A DNA stretch of 64,000 nt from Vitrella brassicaformis CCMP3155 (GCA_001179505.1 CDMY01000286.1:62001-126000); one strand, 5' to 3'. Counted from the first letter of the stretch, positions 50,231 through 64,000 are shown. Notes: a model not told the origin generated them from the letters alone. Numbers and translations are program-made.

Positions 50231-52784
50231 TTACTCGCTTTGTGTATCACTCTCACTCCTGCTGCTATCTGTCCCGTCCTCTCTCTCCCTTGCAGCCAAG
50301 AACCTGCCCGCCACCCTCTTGGCCACATCGGGACGACGGATCCAATACAAGTTCTGTCGCTTTCCAAACTCAAACGCTGACGTGCCCACATCAAGCCGAG
50401 CCGCCCTAAGTTCTGGCCGGGTCTCCTCTATTTTTTCTAAACGCTTGCCAATTCCCTCCACCCTAAAGACTACCTCTCTCTCCTCTATTTTTCCCTTAGG
50501 AGGGGCGGGCCTGAAAATGCCCTCCGCTGTCGCACTGCTGCCTGGGCTCACTGGTGGTGCGCTTGTTGTGCTTGAGCCTGTTGTGCCCCTGCCTGTCTGC
50601 TCGCTTCTAGGAGGATTGCTGGCTGGCGCCTCTGTCTCACCAGAAGAAGGAGTGGGCGACGCGGTAGTGGCTGCCTCTGTCCGAAGCGGGCCAATCGGCA
50701 CCACCCCCTCTTGTGTTCTGACAAGAGTGACGTTGTCTCCTCCCTGCTCCTGCCTAGGGCCTGCCTCATCCCCGCCTGTCTCTGTCTCTGTCTTTCTCTC
50801 CCCTGCAGTACCAGACGAGACATCTGCACCATAACTGCCCGCTCCTTCTGCCCCCCCGCCCCCTTCACATTCACGCACGCCACCAGTGGCCCCCCCGCCC
50901 CCCGGATCGGGTATGTACGGCACGACAGGGAACCCATGCACCTCTAGTGGCTGTACCTTCTCTTTCTTCTCCTTCTTCTTGCCGGGCGTCTTGTAGATGA
51001 GGGTGCCTGCAGGAACCGCCATGACGCACTTCTCCCTTTTCTCGTCCAGCACAAAGCCACCGTCCTTCACGTGCTCGCACTCCAATGCCGGCTTGTAAAT
51101 CGTTACCTTGGCGCACGCCTTGTTCTGTGCGTTGTAATAGCTGACGCACATACGCACGTACGCACATACGCAGAGAGAAAGAGGTATCCGTATATTCTGC
51201 GGCTTCTCTCATCCACTCACCCCTTTGGGCATTCAATCTTGAGTACATCCTTTTCCTTGACCTGGTCGACACAATCGCCCGTGAGGGGGTCCAGTTTAAA
51301 CTTGTAAGGGCACCGTATCTCTGCGTCGTCGATCTTGTGCTTCACACAAGCGTCGAACTCCGCTCGAAAATACCAACCCTGAAAAGGGTTTCGCAGAGGC
51401 CACGAGAGACATGAATTGCCTGTCCCTGGGCCTACCTCATGGCAATTGTCCTTGGCTTTCGGTGCTGTGCCCATGTACTGCTTGCAAGTGATGCCCAGTT
51501 TGTCCATAGTGTATCCCTCCGGGCACACACTCATGATCTCGCAGTGCTTCTTGAAGCCCGGCTTGACGTGCTCCTTCTTGTCTCCCAGCAGCTTTCGGCC
51601 AGGTGCGGTCCCAAAGCCCTGCTCCCACATCTTGACCAGATCCATCTCGCGAGGGTCATTTTCTGGATTGTCCGCTGTCCCTGGGTTGTCTTGCTGGGCC
51701 TCGAGGGCCCTCCTCTTTTTCGTGTCGTCTGGCTGTTTGGTGCTGATGTAGGAGCAGATCTCTTGGTGGTTTGGCGGCACCTCGTTGATGATGATGCACA
51801 CCTCCATCTTGCCCTCGGTCTCCTTCTGCACCAAGGCACACAAACGCACTGTGCATCTATTCGCGGCTGTACATGTGTCGACCTTTTTGAAGCCTTCGGG
51901 GCAGTAGGTATTGGGAAAGTAGACTTCGTTCTTGATGCAGTAGGCAAAAGGCCCCTTTGGCTGCTCCGCCTCTTTCTTGTGGGGCTCTCCTTTCGGGCTG
52001 TGGTAGCTGGACTTGTACGCATCCTCAACCGGATACTTGGACTCAATCCTCCACCATCTGCCGCACACAGACCGAACACGCAGGAAAAAAGAGGTGGGGA
52101 CAGATGTAGGCATGTGCGATGGTGCCTGCAGCCGACAAGGGCTCACGTACTTTGGCTGGCCTTCCTTGTGGCCGCATTGAGGGCTGGGGGGCTCCCGCTT
52201 CTCCCCCACACACTTGTACAAGAGCACATCGGGATGGAGACCCTCCGGACACTCCTGCACATGATTGATCAATCATGATCAATCAACACGGCTGAAAATG
52301 AGGGAAGGAGAAAACAGGCAGGCAAAATGCCTTGACACTCACTATTTTGACAGGCTCTGTCTGGTCAAACATGTTGACGTAGTGGCACTGCTTAGTAACA
52401 TAATCAAGCCGTTCAATCGCATCTTTGGTCTTCTTCCCTGAACACACATAAGACATGAGCAAGCTCGTCACCATCGACACACTTGCCGTCCATACATCCT
52501 CCCCAAACCAATCTACCTGCGAGGAACTTCAGGCAGTGCCTGATGGGTTCGACTTCAACGATGGTGCCCTTGGGCACCACAAAGGGCTTCTCCGGTAGCT
52601 TGTGCTTCTTCGCGTTGTCTTTGTCCTTGTCAGACGTCGCCATGATGAAGTTTTCCCCGTACCCGCCCATCGACAGAGTGAGGGGCGTGTCAAAGTCCAT
52701 GGGGGTGAGCGTGTCGGCGTCGGCAGCAGCTTGTTGGGCGGCGAGCCTCTTACAGATAAGGGAGAGAAGGAAGAAACGCAGCAT
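50231..52784 (-). CDS. Oocyst/cyst-wall-protein-like secreted Cys-repeat protein with a low-complexity tail, multi-exon
   Basis: Hydrophobic start followed by repeated modules CPEGLH, CPEGFK, CPEGYTMDKLGITC, CPYKFKLDPLTGDC, ECPKG and CEHVKDGGFVLDEKREKC. Confidence 0.75.
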
Positions 52785-52838
52785 CGCGGCGGGAGAATCA
52801 TTGGGCAGATGATGACCGTGACAAGGGTTCTTGGGTGT

Positions 52839-52881
52839 AGGGTAAGTTACCCTGAGCCCCAAACCCTAATGTCTGCCTCCG
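52839..52881. promoter_or_regulatory. Palindrome plus telobox motif (copy 3), ~55 bp upstream of the wall-protein ATG
   Basis: AGGGTAA-G-TTACCCT perfect inverted repeat, then gagccccAAACCCTAatgtctgcctccg. Confidence 0.55.
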
Positions 52882-53383
52882 AGGAATTAATGATCGCCCC
52901 TGTGTGGCAATAAATGATTAGCCGAACCCACGTAAGTCATGCAAATGTTCTTTACTTGTGATGTCCGCATTCTTGCCTGCATTCTGTATTTGATGCCTGA
53001 TGATTGATGTGAAACGGTGCCTCGAATCCATGTATGTATGTATGTGCAGAGAGATTGAATGAATTAATAAGGTGGTGGTGTGCGGGAGATGATTGTATAT
53101 CCCAAACCAAACCAAACCAAATGCACGATAAGAGTCATTCACATGTGCTGCATGACGCATGCATTGACATTAAGGCAGACCGATGCGCGCCAATCAGGCA
53201 AGTGAGACAAGGCAGCACACAGCCCAGGAAAGAAGGACAGACCATCCACACACCAGAGAGAGCCGAATAGCCAGCTATGTACGTATGGATGTATGCATGT
53301 ATGCACATCATCACATCCTACTGACGCACTTGTCTGTCTCTTGGCCTGTCTGTCTGTCTGTCTCACTCATCTGTGGTCGTCGG

Positions 53384-56300
53384 CTATCTGCCCTGCTGTT
53401 TCCTGAGCAGCCCACAATACCGCCCGACCATAACGTAGGTCGCCTGCACATTAAGCCGCGTCATCTGCACACACCATTATGAGTCAAGTTTCACCCATTT
53501 CTCTTGCCTACCCACCTGGGGGAACACTGATCCGTCGCAGATTGCCAGATTCTCCAAACCCATCACGCGAAACTCCTTGTCAACCACAGTGCCCATCGCC
53601 GCCGATCTGCAGAAGGCACACATACATCGACAGGCATGACCGTGTGTATACTGTGTATGCGTGCTGTACCCGGTCCAATGCCAGGTGCCCACGCTGTGCG
53701 TCTTAACGAAATCCCCCAGGCTCTCACGATCCAAGACATCTGATATCCACCGTGCACAGTGTTCAACGCAATGCAAGGCGGAAAAATGTCGCGCTCATCT
53801 GTCTGGGTGCACACACCTGTGGGGAGTGGCGGGACGGCAGCGAAGCGTGTCGCTGCCCGCAGCTGCCGTCGCCTCTCACACTCCTCTGATGGAACCAAGT
53901 CGCATGCCAGATCGTCCAGAATGCCCTCCTGCACACGACCACACAGCGCACGTGTGTGAATGGACAGAGACAAGTGCACTGACGGCTGCTGACCGGCATT
54001 GAGGCGGGCGCTGACGCTCGCGTCACTTGTTCCCGCAGCCATTCTGCCACCGGAGACTGGTCGCCCAGCCACTCAGACTCGGAAGCATCATTCTCACTCC
54101 GAGCGTCCCTGCCCTCCTTCAACGCATCGTTTTTTCTCTTCTGCAGCTCCATCCACAGCAGGGCGTCCTGGAGAAAGCTGTCCGACCGACCACTGTGGCC
54201 TTGTGTGTCGGTGACATTCGTGTGCGATTCGAGAAAGGCCGTGAAAGAGGGGAGGGAGTCGGTGTCGATGTCTCCCGGGAAGGGCAGCTTTCTGCTGGCG
54301 ATAACGAGCATGTCCACCAGCTTGTTGAAGATGAATGTTGGGCACGACAAAGGACCGGGCTTCTCGAACAAGGAATAAAATCGACCGCTGCCCATCACCT
54401 ACACACAAGACACGTGCACGTGTGTGTACAGGCTCGCTCATGTGTGAATATCGCATCGCATCCTTACTCGCAACAGAGTCTCAACGCCGAGTATGGAGCT
54501 GTTGAGGTCCAGACCCTCCTCGTCTGTCAGATAACCGGCAGTCAATATGGGCTCACCTGACATACGCAGTCGCAGACAAGCAGATGAGACCCCCCTATTC
54601 GTGTCCATCCGTTTTCGCTTACCCCATTCGCTCACAGTAACGTTGCCACGTGACTTGGGGACCACCGGAAACGAGATGAATGCGGCGACCCGCCTGCATC
54701 CATCCATCCATCCATGGCACACACATGGCACACACAGGGCCAGTTCTCTTTCCATGTTGATGTCTCGACTGCCCGCCCACCTGACACAGTCGAACACGGG
54801 ATGCAGGGGTGCACAAGCTATCGAGTCCTCTTTGTCGAGGCACTCGGTCAGCAGCGAGACAAGGAAGTCCACTTCGCTGATGACATGCACAAACAACGGC
54901 TCATGAGTGAGAGCGTGTGTGCTTTCATCCGACAATATTGTATGCGTACGGCAGAGCACGTAGGACGGGCGGGAAGATCGCCCTGGTGGCCAGGAAGAGG
55001 CCGACTGCGTCGGTTCCTGACGCTTCCTCTGACATGACGTACGTGCACTCGAGACTTGTGTCAGTGATCCTGCACACACCACACAGGTACCGACGCGCGC
55101 ACAATGAGAGCCAGCCAGTGTTTAAACCCCGCCTGCCTTTCTGTGTTGTGTGTACCCAAAATCCTCGGGACACTTATCGCCGACGACCTTGATTCCGCCA
55201 GCAAGGGCGACTGTGATCGGGACACCGCCCTCGGGGATGGGCTTTTTGAAGAATACGCCAATGGTCGACGCGAAACGGTCATGCAGATTCTGCCCTATCC
55301 AGGCACACATGCACACAGCAAAGCGACTACAGGCCTATAGCCAATCCCCATGCCTACCTAATTCAGGGATGTCTTTGACGATCTCTGTGCCCCTCCCCTC
55401 CATGACCTTCTGCACCACGTCCTTCGGTCCGATGCCGCTGTTCATCCCCAGGACCGGCGAAAAGATAGGACCCGCGGCGATGAGGACCTCCCCTTTTGCC
55501 CGAATGCAGGCCCGCTTTACGTCGCCATCTTCCCTGGCCCTTCCCGTCTGTGCTATGTCTCTCTTCCCCCCCTTGGCCGACAGCCCAGCATTCGCTCGCG
55601 AGTCTATGGGCTCCAACACATCCGGCGAGTCGGCGTACACAACACATGTGGCTCTCGGATTGCCCGTCTCTTCATTCTTCTCGAACTGAACGCGCAGCGC
55701 CGTTTGCCGAGTTAGGATCTTCAGCCTCCTCGGCAGGCCAGGCGGATTGGCAAGGCCCCCAAGCGCCAGATCATCTGATGCGAAGCGCCTCCTGTCGGGC
55801 GAGAACTCCTTGCCGTCATTTTCGAACTGGGAGAAGACGTTAAATGAGCCGACGGAGAAGGTGGGGGAGGGACCGACGAACGGGTCAAATCCCAGATCTT
55901 GCAAGGAGGCTATGTATGCGGGTCCATAGGTCTCAGGGATTCCCATGGGCTGGGCTATCTGCTCGCGAACCCATGCGTACGACTGCAGACACAGATAAGG
56001 AAGCAGACCAACATCGCCATGAACAGACCGACCCTGGCCCAGTGGTTGACCTCGGTGACCAGCTGTAGGTCGAACTGGGCACCGAACTCCTCTCTCAAAT
56101 ACTCAAAGTACTCCGGGGTCTCCTCTATCTGAGAAAGAACACATACGCCACACGTGCGTACCGACACGGCATAAGTGAGCATCCTCCCGTCTGCTCACAC
56201 GCACCTGGAGACCTCCTGAGACAGCGGTGCCGCCCGAGAGGACATTGGAGACGTGTGTGATGGCCTTGTCCACAGTGCGGATCTCTTGCGCCAGATCCTT

Positions 56301-56573
56301 GTTGATGAGTGCGCTGCCGAATCCTGCGATGGTGAGGGTTTCACTCGGGTTCTCCTCGCGCCTGCCTCCCCTTTCAAGCAGCAGCACCTCCTTGCCGCTC
56401 TCAGCAAGCGTGTACGCAAGCGGAACGCCGCTCGCACCTCCTCCGATGACCACATAGTCAAACAGTAAGCCCGCCTGCCGTCCGTCGTCGTGCAGTTGGG
56501 CGATGGAAGGACTGAGGGAAGCAAAGAAGACGAGCGCGAAGGCGCCGGACTGTTTGCGGCTTCGCCGATGCAT
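53384..56573 (-). CDS. GMC oxidoreductase (HOTHEAD/mandelonitrile-lyase-like), probably secreted, multi-exon
   Basis: FDYVVIGGGASG, LLLERGG, VLSGGTAVSGG, IGQNLHDR, PKSRGNVT, TWHWTG, VVDKEFRVMGLENLAICDGSVFP and NVQATYVMVGRY. Confidence 0.92.
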
Positions 56574-56672
56574 CCCAATCTGTACAGGGTACTAACGGCT
56601 GGGCTGCGAGCTTAAAAAGCGTCGTTCCTGCTTGGGACGATGGGGAATGCGGCGCCCTGAAGGCCGCCCCCG

Positions 56673-57484
56673 GTGCAAGCCCCGTCAACAGATTCAACAT
56701 CCCCGTCGGCCACAATAGATGGGCTGCAGCATGCGATGGGTGATATGAGCCGCTCGGTGGATCTTCTGCGACAGCGATACGAGACGCGAATCAAGGAGCT
56801 CGAAGCCCAGAGAGGCGATGACGTGCAGGACATGACGGACGATACGCACCGTTTGATGCCAGAAGGCCACACGCAGAACATCTTTGACGGTCAGTAATGA
56901 TGAGAGACGAACGCTCTTTAAACAGAGAAGTGCATGCCGGTTTCGGCGCGTGTAGACCTCTGTCAGCAACAGCAGCATGACAAGTGTATCGAGCTGCTCA
57001 ACGAGCGAATCGAGATGCTCGAAGCTCAGGTGGACGACTACAAGAAGGAAAGGGATGAGTGGAAGCATAGGTACCAGCAGGCCGAAACCCAACGCGATGA
57101 GTGGAAGCGTCGATGTGAGGAGGTGCACGAGCCACGACAACCATCCAGTCAGCTTGCCAGCCAGCCAGGCAAAAATCAGTGTTTTCTTGGTATATATGCA
57201 GTTCCAAGACCAGGCATGTCGAGCGCAGGAAGACCTTAGAGAGTTGGGCAAGGGCTGCTGCAGAGGTGGACGCCAGCAGCAACATGGCCCTCTGCAGTGC
57301 TTCGATATCATCCTCACAGCCATCTGCCTCTGCCAGTGCTGCTGCTTCCTCACCATCCGCCCTGCTGGATGGCACTGAGCCTGACGGGACGGGTCTGCTG
57401 CGGGCAGAGGAATCCTGACGGCAAGGCAGGGGCAGTGAAGCGAGCGTCGAGCTGGAAACGGATAATGGCAGCGGGCCCCGTAGG
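56673..57484 (+). CDS. Small coiled-coil protein, multi-exon; boundaries uncertain
   Basis: Heptad exons LLRQRYETRIKELEAQ and LLNERIEMLEAQVDDYKKERDEWK. Confidence 0.5.
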
Positions 57485-57839
57485 TACATTTCCCCGTAGG
57501 CGAATGTGTCTCTCCCGGCTGGCTGGCTGGCTGGCTCGCTGTATTCATGTATGTGTGTGTCCTCTGTCTATGCGTTGAGTGTGGCTATGAGTAGCAGGGG
57601 GCAGGGCGGGGGGAGAGCGGTATGGGTGCTGTTTTCGATGTCTCGTGCTTTCAAGACTGCCTGGCCTGGGTCCATCAATATGTGTGTCTCTGTTTGCTGT
57701 CTGCTGCATGGTCGGGCTGTAACTCGGTTGGACCATCGATTTCACCGTATCAGTGGTTTCACTTTGATGCATTCACGATCTCACTCTTCTTACGCGGAGA
57801 CGGACTTCAAACCATGGTCAGCTCACACACATCAAGGTC

Positions 57840-60800
57840 TTCACGTGGTCTGAAGGTGCCCCTGAGGGGGGCGAGCAAGGTGGATCGCTGTGTCCGCGAT
57901 TCCACTCCGACCTTTTTCACCTTCACTACTCGCTCCCCGCGTAATTTTGTTCCAAAGGGGGCGGGAATCCAAGCTCACGCCGCCACTTCTAGTCGCCCTG
58001 GCGCCGCTTTGCACCGACGAAAGTCCGCCGTGCTCCTCAACTTCACCGGCTGTGACCAATGACACTCGGCAAGCTGAAGAAGGGCCGTGTCCGCAGGTCA
58101 GGTGCCTCGAACAGGGCTCCTGACTCGAGGTTCGTGGTAGCTACATCCAGGGGCTGCCCACATGGCACCCAGTCTGCATGCATGCGTCTTTTTGTGGTGC
58201 GTGCGTGTGTGTGTCAGGATTCCCCAGGAGCCGATTCACTTCAGTGCAGAAGAGCCCAGCACCTTCAGATTTGACCTCGACAGGCGGAAAAGTAAGCCAC
58301 GGCGGCATTCCATGACATTGTGTGTGTTTGCAATGCGATGTGGCTCATCGGCAGATTTCGATGCGACTCTGCGTGGATTTGCCTTCAACGCCAAGGGCGT
58401 GCCCGAGTGGCTCAAGGACAGGAAGAAAGAGCGCGAGACCAAACAGCAGATCCAGCCCACATACGACCCTGAAAAGAGCCTCAGGCTCAGGTGAGCCAGT
58501 ACCAGTGCGGATGCTCTCAAAAGGATGGTGATGTGTACTTTTCTTCTGTGTGTGCAAGTGCGAGCGACTTTTCCATGACTAATATGCTGGGCCGTGCTGT
58601 GGTGCCGACGGTCCACGCGGAGCCCTCTGCCATTGCCAAAGTGCCAGGCAACAAACTCCTCAACAGCACCATGTCGACGACGTTTTCGGCCACCAGCCAA
58701 TCGGTGAGAAGCACAGCGGTACACGTGTCGGCGGGACCATGTATCCTTCCTTTGGGCTGTGTGTTCGTTCAGTCAGCGTCTGCAACGCGCAAGGGTCTGA
58801 CAGCTGAGAAATGGAGCCCAAAGCACTGGCACAGGTAGGTGAAAGGATCACACAAAGTCGAGAGCCCGTGTTCTCCAACTTCGTTGTCTGTGAGTGCTCT
58901 CGTCTTTCAGCGACCCAGAGTGCTTTCGGGAACCACTCGAGTATGAAACGATATTTTCCATGTGTATTGTTCCGTCCCTTTGTGTCCATCTTCCGTTTGT
59001 AGGCGAGACACGCCCGGCTCACCTGTATGGAACAGCTCTGCCAGCTCCAAGCAGGTCAGTCGATTCAGCGACTTGTCCACCAATCGATGAAATGTGCATG
59101 CCTCTTGTTCCCAGGCCAGACGCGGCAAGCACTACGACCGTCTCATGCGGACGTGTGCCTCGCCGGAGGAAGCAGAGGAGCCCACTGGTCCGTCAAGGAA
59201 CCTGTCACGCAGCATTCAAATGTCGCTGTGTCTCTACACAGAGCAAGACGAGGATCGTAGCAAGAAGGAGCTGACCCGCTTTGTCGACTACGCCAGCGGC
59301 ATCGAGGGAGAGCCCGGAGGTAAGGCCGGCGCGGTCTCTCTGCACGTGTCTCTCCCCGTGTACGTCTTTGTGTATTTGTGCATTGATGTAGAGGATGAGG
59401 GCGAGGACGAGGAGGCCTTCGACGACTGGCAAATCAGACTGAGGGCACTGCCAGAAGTGAGTCGTACAGACTCGTTTGCGCGGCATCCGTAGGTGTGTTG
59501 AATGTGCCTTTGCGACAGTTCTCTAAGATATCGGTCCTGAAGGGCCGTGAGGAGGAGAGGAAAGTTGACATCAACAGAACAAAGGTACACATGGAGCTCG
59601 CTATGGCCAAAGGAGATTTAATGGTGCGTACACTGTTTCTGACAGACGTTGCGAAAGATGCTCCGTGAGCGATATGCTGGGAGACAGAAACTGGCGGGGG
59701 TGAGCGGGGGCAAACGCAAATGCGAACCTACACAGGAAGGAGCCTGACACATCTGGTGTGTAGGTGTGGTTTGCCAACACCGACCGTGCTCCCGGCTACA
59801 TGCTGCCACAAGACTTGCAGGAGTAAGTACACAGCTCCATGTGTCACTTTCCGCGGTAGCTTTGTGTGTGTCTGTGCAGTCTGGTGGACAAGATGGGTGT
59901 GCAGGCTTCCTTGGCTGAGGTATGCAGCCATGCTACACCCACGAGATACCAATCGCACGTCGTGTCTGGGTGCAGTGCCGCACCTTGATAGCAGCTGTCG
60001 ACAGAGACGACAAAGGTACAGACGAATCGGTCATACAGTGCTGACGACGTCCACATCAATCGATGTGTCTCGGTCATCATCAGGCGCCGCGACCTTCTCG
60101 GAGTTCAACCATCTCATTTTCTCCACCCAGCTGCCCCTGGAGCCACACAAGGGGGCGGCGGGCGCCCAGGGTTCGTTCAACCACCGCCAAGCCAGGAACC
60201 TCATACGCACACTCACCGCTAAGTCAGCAGCTGACAGTAGGGACACATGGTGGCCGAGCGTGAGTGTCTGCTGTGTTGGCCAGGCTTGGCGCGATGCCTC
60301 GCGAGTTTTGGCAGGTCGACGTCAACGACGAGGGCCACATCACCCTGCCGCAATTCGACACAGCACTCAAGCGGGCGGTAAAGGCACTACATGCATCGCT
60401 TCATTCACCGATCAGAATTGCAGCTTTTCTCTCGTGACCCACAGGTGAAGGGTCTGAGTTGCGAGGCCGTGGATTGGCTATGGCACAAGGCGCTGCAGCT
60501 ACAGAAGCGAGAGAAGGCCGAGCCAGGCATCACCGTAGCCCAGGGGAAGAAAGCTCTCCGCGCGTCCCTTACGCACCCTGACCTCGACGAGGCCGAGCAA
60601 GCTCAACAGCAACAACAGGAGGGAGAGGAGGGGTCGTCGCCGAGAGAGGGTCAACTGCCGTCAGCGGTCAGCAGTGGTGCGGATGAGCACGCCACGCTGG
60701 ACTGGCGGGGATTCCTCAAGACAATCGCCGCATACGAACACATGCACAGGTGCTTTGATGAACGCAGATAGGAAGGGGAAAGCAAACCCATTCATGTCGT

Positions 60801-63660
60801 GCCTGTTGATTCACAGGCCTCTCACGCCGCCGACGATCCAAAGCGAGCTGGTAAGAGAGAGACACGACTTCACTCACTCTTGCTCGGGTGTCTCCACGTA
60901 CCTACGGTTGGTCAGAGTGTAAAGCGGTTGATCGATCGCACCCTGCCAGTGACCACCGTCGCGCCGCAGCTGCTGGACGTGCTCGAAGACGACTCCAAGA
61001 ACAAGGTGGGTTCATAGATGCACAACCTATGGACGTTGCTGTGACATGTGTCTGCTTGTACGTCTGGGACGTTCACAGGAGGTGAAGCTGGTCGGCGGCA
61101 AGCTCACGACCAAGACGCTGGAGACATCCTGGAAACCACAGGCAGGGCAATGGGTCTGGCTTTTTCATGCAGGGTCATATTTCCGTCTTCCTTTGCGTCA
61201 GGACTGCGGCATGAAGACCCTAAACTACGTCGAGCAGCTCAGACTCAAAGGTCAGTCAGCACAGCACAATCACCCTCTGCCTCTCTCTCTCTTTTCTCTC
61301 CCTCTGTCTCTCAGCGTGGCGCTGCAAGCGGGCTCTCCAGCAAGCACTCCCCGAGAGCATGCTCAAGTCCATCCTGCAGGACAAACCCCTCATCAAGCGC
61401 TCAGACCTCGAGAAAATCATCGTTCAAGAAGTAAAGAAGATCAAGAGAAAGCTCACGCAAGACATGCTGCCGGATGGCGCTGGCACTGCACAAGCCGAGA
61501 CGACACGACCGCCAGCAGAGGAGCTTCGCCCCCCAGCAGAGAGCGAGTTTGGGAATGTCATAAGAATCGATTCTGCAGAAGGTCTGACGGAGAGTCAAAG
61601 GAAGAGGCTGGTGCCTCTGCCTGTGGGCGCAACACTAGCACCGAAAGAGGGTGCACTGGCGCGGATCGTGTCGCCGGGATACTCGCCCAGCCGGGCAGAA
61701 GCAGGCACAATCAAGTGAGAAGACACGTAACAACATGACTGGATGTCTGAGCGACGTCGATGCTTTGTCTGATGCTGTGTGCAGGGAGAAGGCGATGGCT
61801 TATCGGCCTGAGCTGGAGGAGGCGTTGTTGGCCAACAGGGGCTCGGGGGCCATGGGCTTCGACCACCCACTCACCGTCAACTTCAAAGGTACGCAGGGGT
61901 GTCACAGACGTACGCGTGATGTTTCTTCTGCGTGTACAGGCGGTGGCGTAAAGCCCGTGGACACCTACCTGGCGCCATCGGACATTCAGGCCTTCCTCGT
62001 CACGCAGAAGGCTAACAAGCAGTAAGCAAGACACAACAACAGAAGCAACTGACGTGGAGGTGAATCATGTTGTTTGTTTCAAGTGACGAGATCGATGTCC
62101 GCGACTTGGTCAACAATTTGTACCACCGCACTGCAGGCGGATATCGGGAGGACCACCAGTACCAAGATGCACTCGAGCCGTCGCTGCGGCAACTCAGACC
62201 CCACGCAATGGTACGAACAAACGCACCGTCAGCAGTGAGATACACACCTGTGTACACCATTCCTCGCCTTTGCAGCCTGTCGGTGGAGAGGTGTCCCAGC
62301 GTGATGCGGGAGCCTCCCCTGCGCCCACGTATCTCCACCCCCGGATGCAGAGGCTCATGGCCGCACTCCAAGACGCCGTTGCAGAGAAAAAGCGGGCCAG
62401 CGGTGAGCACATGCGGACAGAATGTGCACACACAGGTGTGTCTCTCATGTGCATCGTGCACTCAGATGCTGCCAAGCCGTCTAAGATGTTCCGTCGATTA
62501 AACATGGATGGGGACGGCTACGTCGACTTGGAAGATCTCACAAGGGCAGCGCAGCAATACAAAGTAACCAATACTCACACACCAATTCCGCCAGACAACG
62601 TATTCGAGTCCGTGCCGAGACTGTCTCCTTATCAGATTGCAGCTGCCCCAGAGGACCTCCGTGACTTGATGCACGCCCTTGATGAGAGCCACAATGGCTC
62701 CGTCGACATAGGCGAGTTCACGAGAAACTTCCAGGTCGTCGAAGGCTCATGGGGCGACAAGATGCGGAAAACGGCAAGGGTTGTCCCACAGAGGCAAGAT
62801 GAGGCCGTCATGGCTGCCAGGCTCACTACGCATCCGAAGGATACAGAGGCGGCTGAGGCACAGGCCGTCGATCAGCCATCCGTCAGCGCCCTCCAGTTGA
62901 TCTGCTGCCGCATTAAGGGCGAGTACGAGGAGACAAAGGAACAGGTCGCCATGAAAAAACCGCCTGGGAGATTCGATCGGTATGGATGCATGTGTCCACA
63001 GAGAGACAGACACACTGCCACCTCTGTGTGTGCAGGACACGCTATGACGATCACACCAAGCCGTTGGTGCAGCCATCGCAGCCGTGTGGGCTGACCATCG
63101 ACCCCTCCCTGCGCTTCAGCTCTTCCTACACCTCCACATTCAACGCCATGGGGGCATACGGTACCTGCCGTGAGACACACAGCCAACCGTGTCTCTCTCA
63201 TATATATCGATCGCTCTCATGTTGCATGGCCCTCATCAGATCCCATGAATGTGTCTTTGACGGACGCGCAGAAGAAAGAACACCTGGCGGCGCTGCGAGT
63301 GGAAAGGTACAAAACCGCAGACAAGGAGTATCCACGGCGATAGGTCTTCCTCTCTTCCTGTCTTCCCGTCCTGCTGTGCAGGAAGCGCTTGAAGGCAGAA
63401 GAGTATGAGGATCAGAAGGTCGTGCAGCAGTCGTGTCTGGGCGACATGCAGGCCAAGCGAGCGGCGTTGAAGGCCCTCAACAGGCTGGCCCACGAGAGAC
63501 GCGCACGGCACATGTGAGTGAGACACAGGCTTCTGCAGCAGTTGTTTGCCGAAAGAAGAGCCAGGGGTGCGTGCGTGCGTGCATGGCCGAGATCGAACTA
63601 TCCTTTGAATCCAAGTTGTTCCAACATATGCTTCACAACAACGACAAACTGAGCGCTTAA
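57840..63660 (+). CDS. Large, highly spliced EF-hand calcium-binding protein; may be more than one gene
   Basis: Paired EF-hand loops FRRLNMDGDGYVDLEDL and LMHALDESHNGSVDIGEF, plus about 25 protein-like exon candidates with GT-AG borders. Confidence 0.65.
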
Positions 63661-64000
63661 GTGTCATCGGCCACCTTTGTAGCTGGTGCTGTATGTGTTC
63701 GCTATGTGTACCAATACAGCAGGTAGGCTGACGGATGGATGACTGGCTGACGAGACAGCGGTTGAGGGCCGTCAGTAGCTCACGGTCGACCAGGTACGAT
63801 GCGATGCAGACAGGCTACCGCTGCTGCCTTGGTGTGTGTCGGTCGACAGTTGAACCATTTCATCGTGTAAAGAGACCACGAATGACCCGATGCGGCATGT
63901 GTCGTGACGATTCATGGTGATACATTTGTTCGTTCGTTCGTTTGTGTCCACCCAATGTGTCGGTGCCACTTGATCCCTCCCACAGCAAAGAGAAATGCAC

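Overview
Eukaryotic, GC-rich, very intron-dense nuclear DNA. Introns carry CA/GT, CT/GA, GACA and GGAT microsatellites, and there are five 300-N scaffold gaps. Gene content (oocyst-wall-type Cys repeats, helical-repeat RNA-binding protein, TLDc family, plastid-targeted hydrolase) suggests a chromerid alga such as Vitrella; this is inference. About 25 mostly multi-exon genes are present: a Cdc25 phosphatase, an ankyrin-RING protein with an in-frame UGA, an HPR/OPR-like protein, small secreted proteins, a secreted TLDc protein, aquaporin, subtilisin, DMT and MFS transporters, an alpha/beta hydrolase, a FAD monooxygenase, an oocyst-wall-like protein, a GMC oxidoreductase and an EF-hand protein. 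Exon boundaries were read by eye, so gene limits are approximate. The most notable items are: (1) an intronless, frameshifted NUMOD-HNH-HNH endonuclease of phage/giant-virus type at 7.2-8.9 kb; (2) a tandemly duplicated head-to-head module at 25-30 kb containing a subtilisin that lacks the catalytic His, a prodomain-only paralog and two Shisa-like membrane proteins; (3) a near-identical 560-bp 3' flank shared by unrelated genes; (4) a recurring palindrome plus telobox motif upstream of minus-strand genes. No tRNA, rRNA or CRISPR array was recognised.
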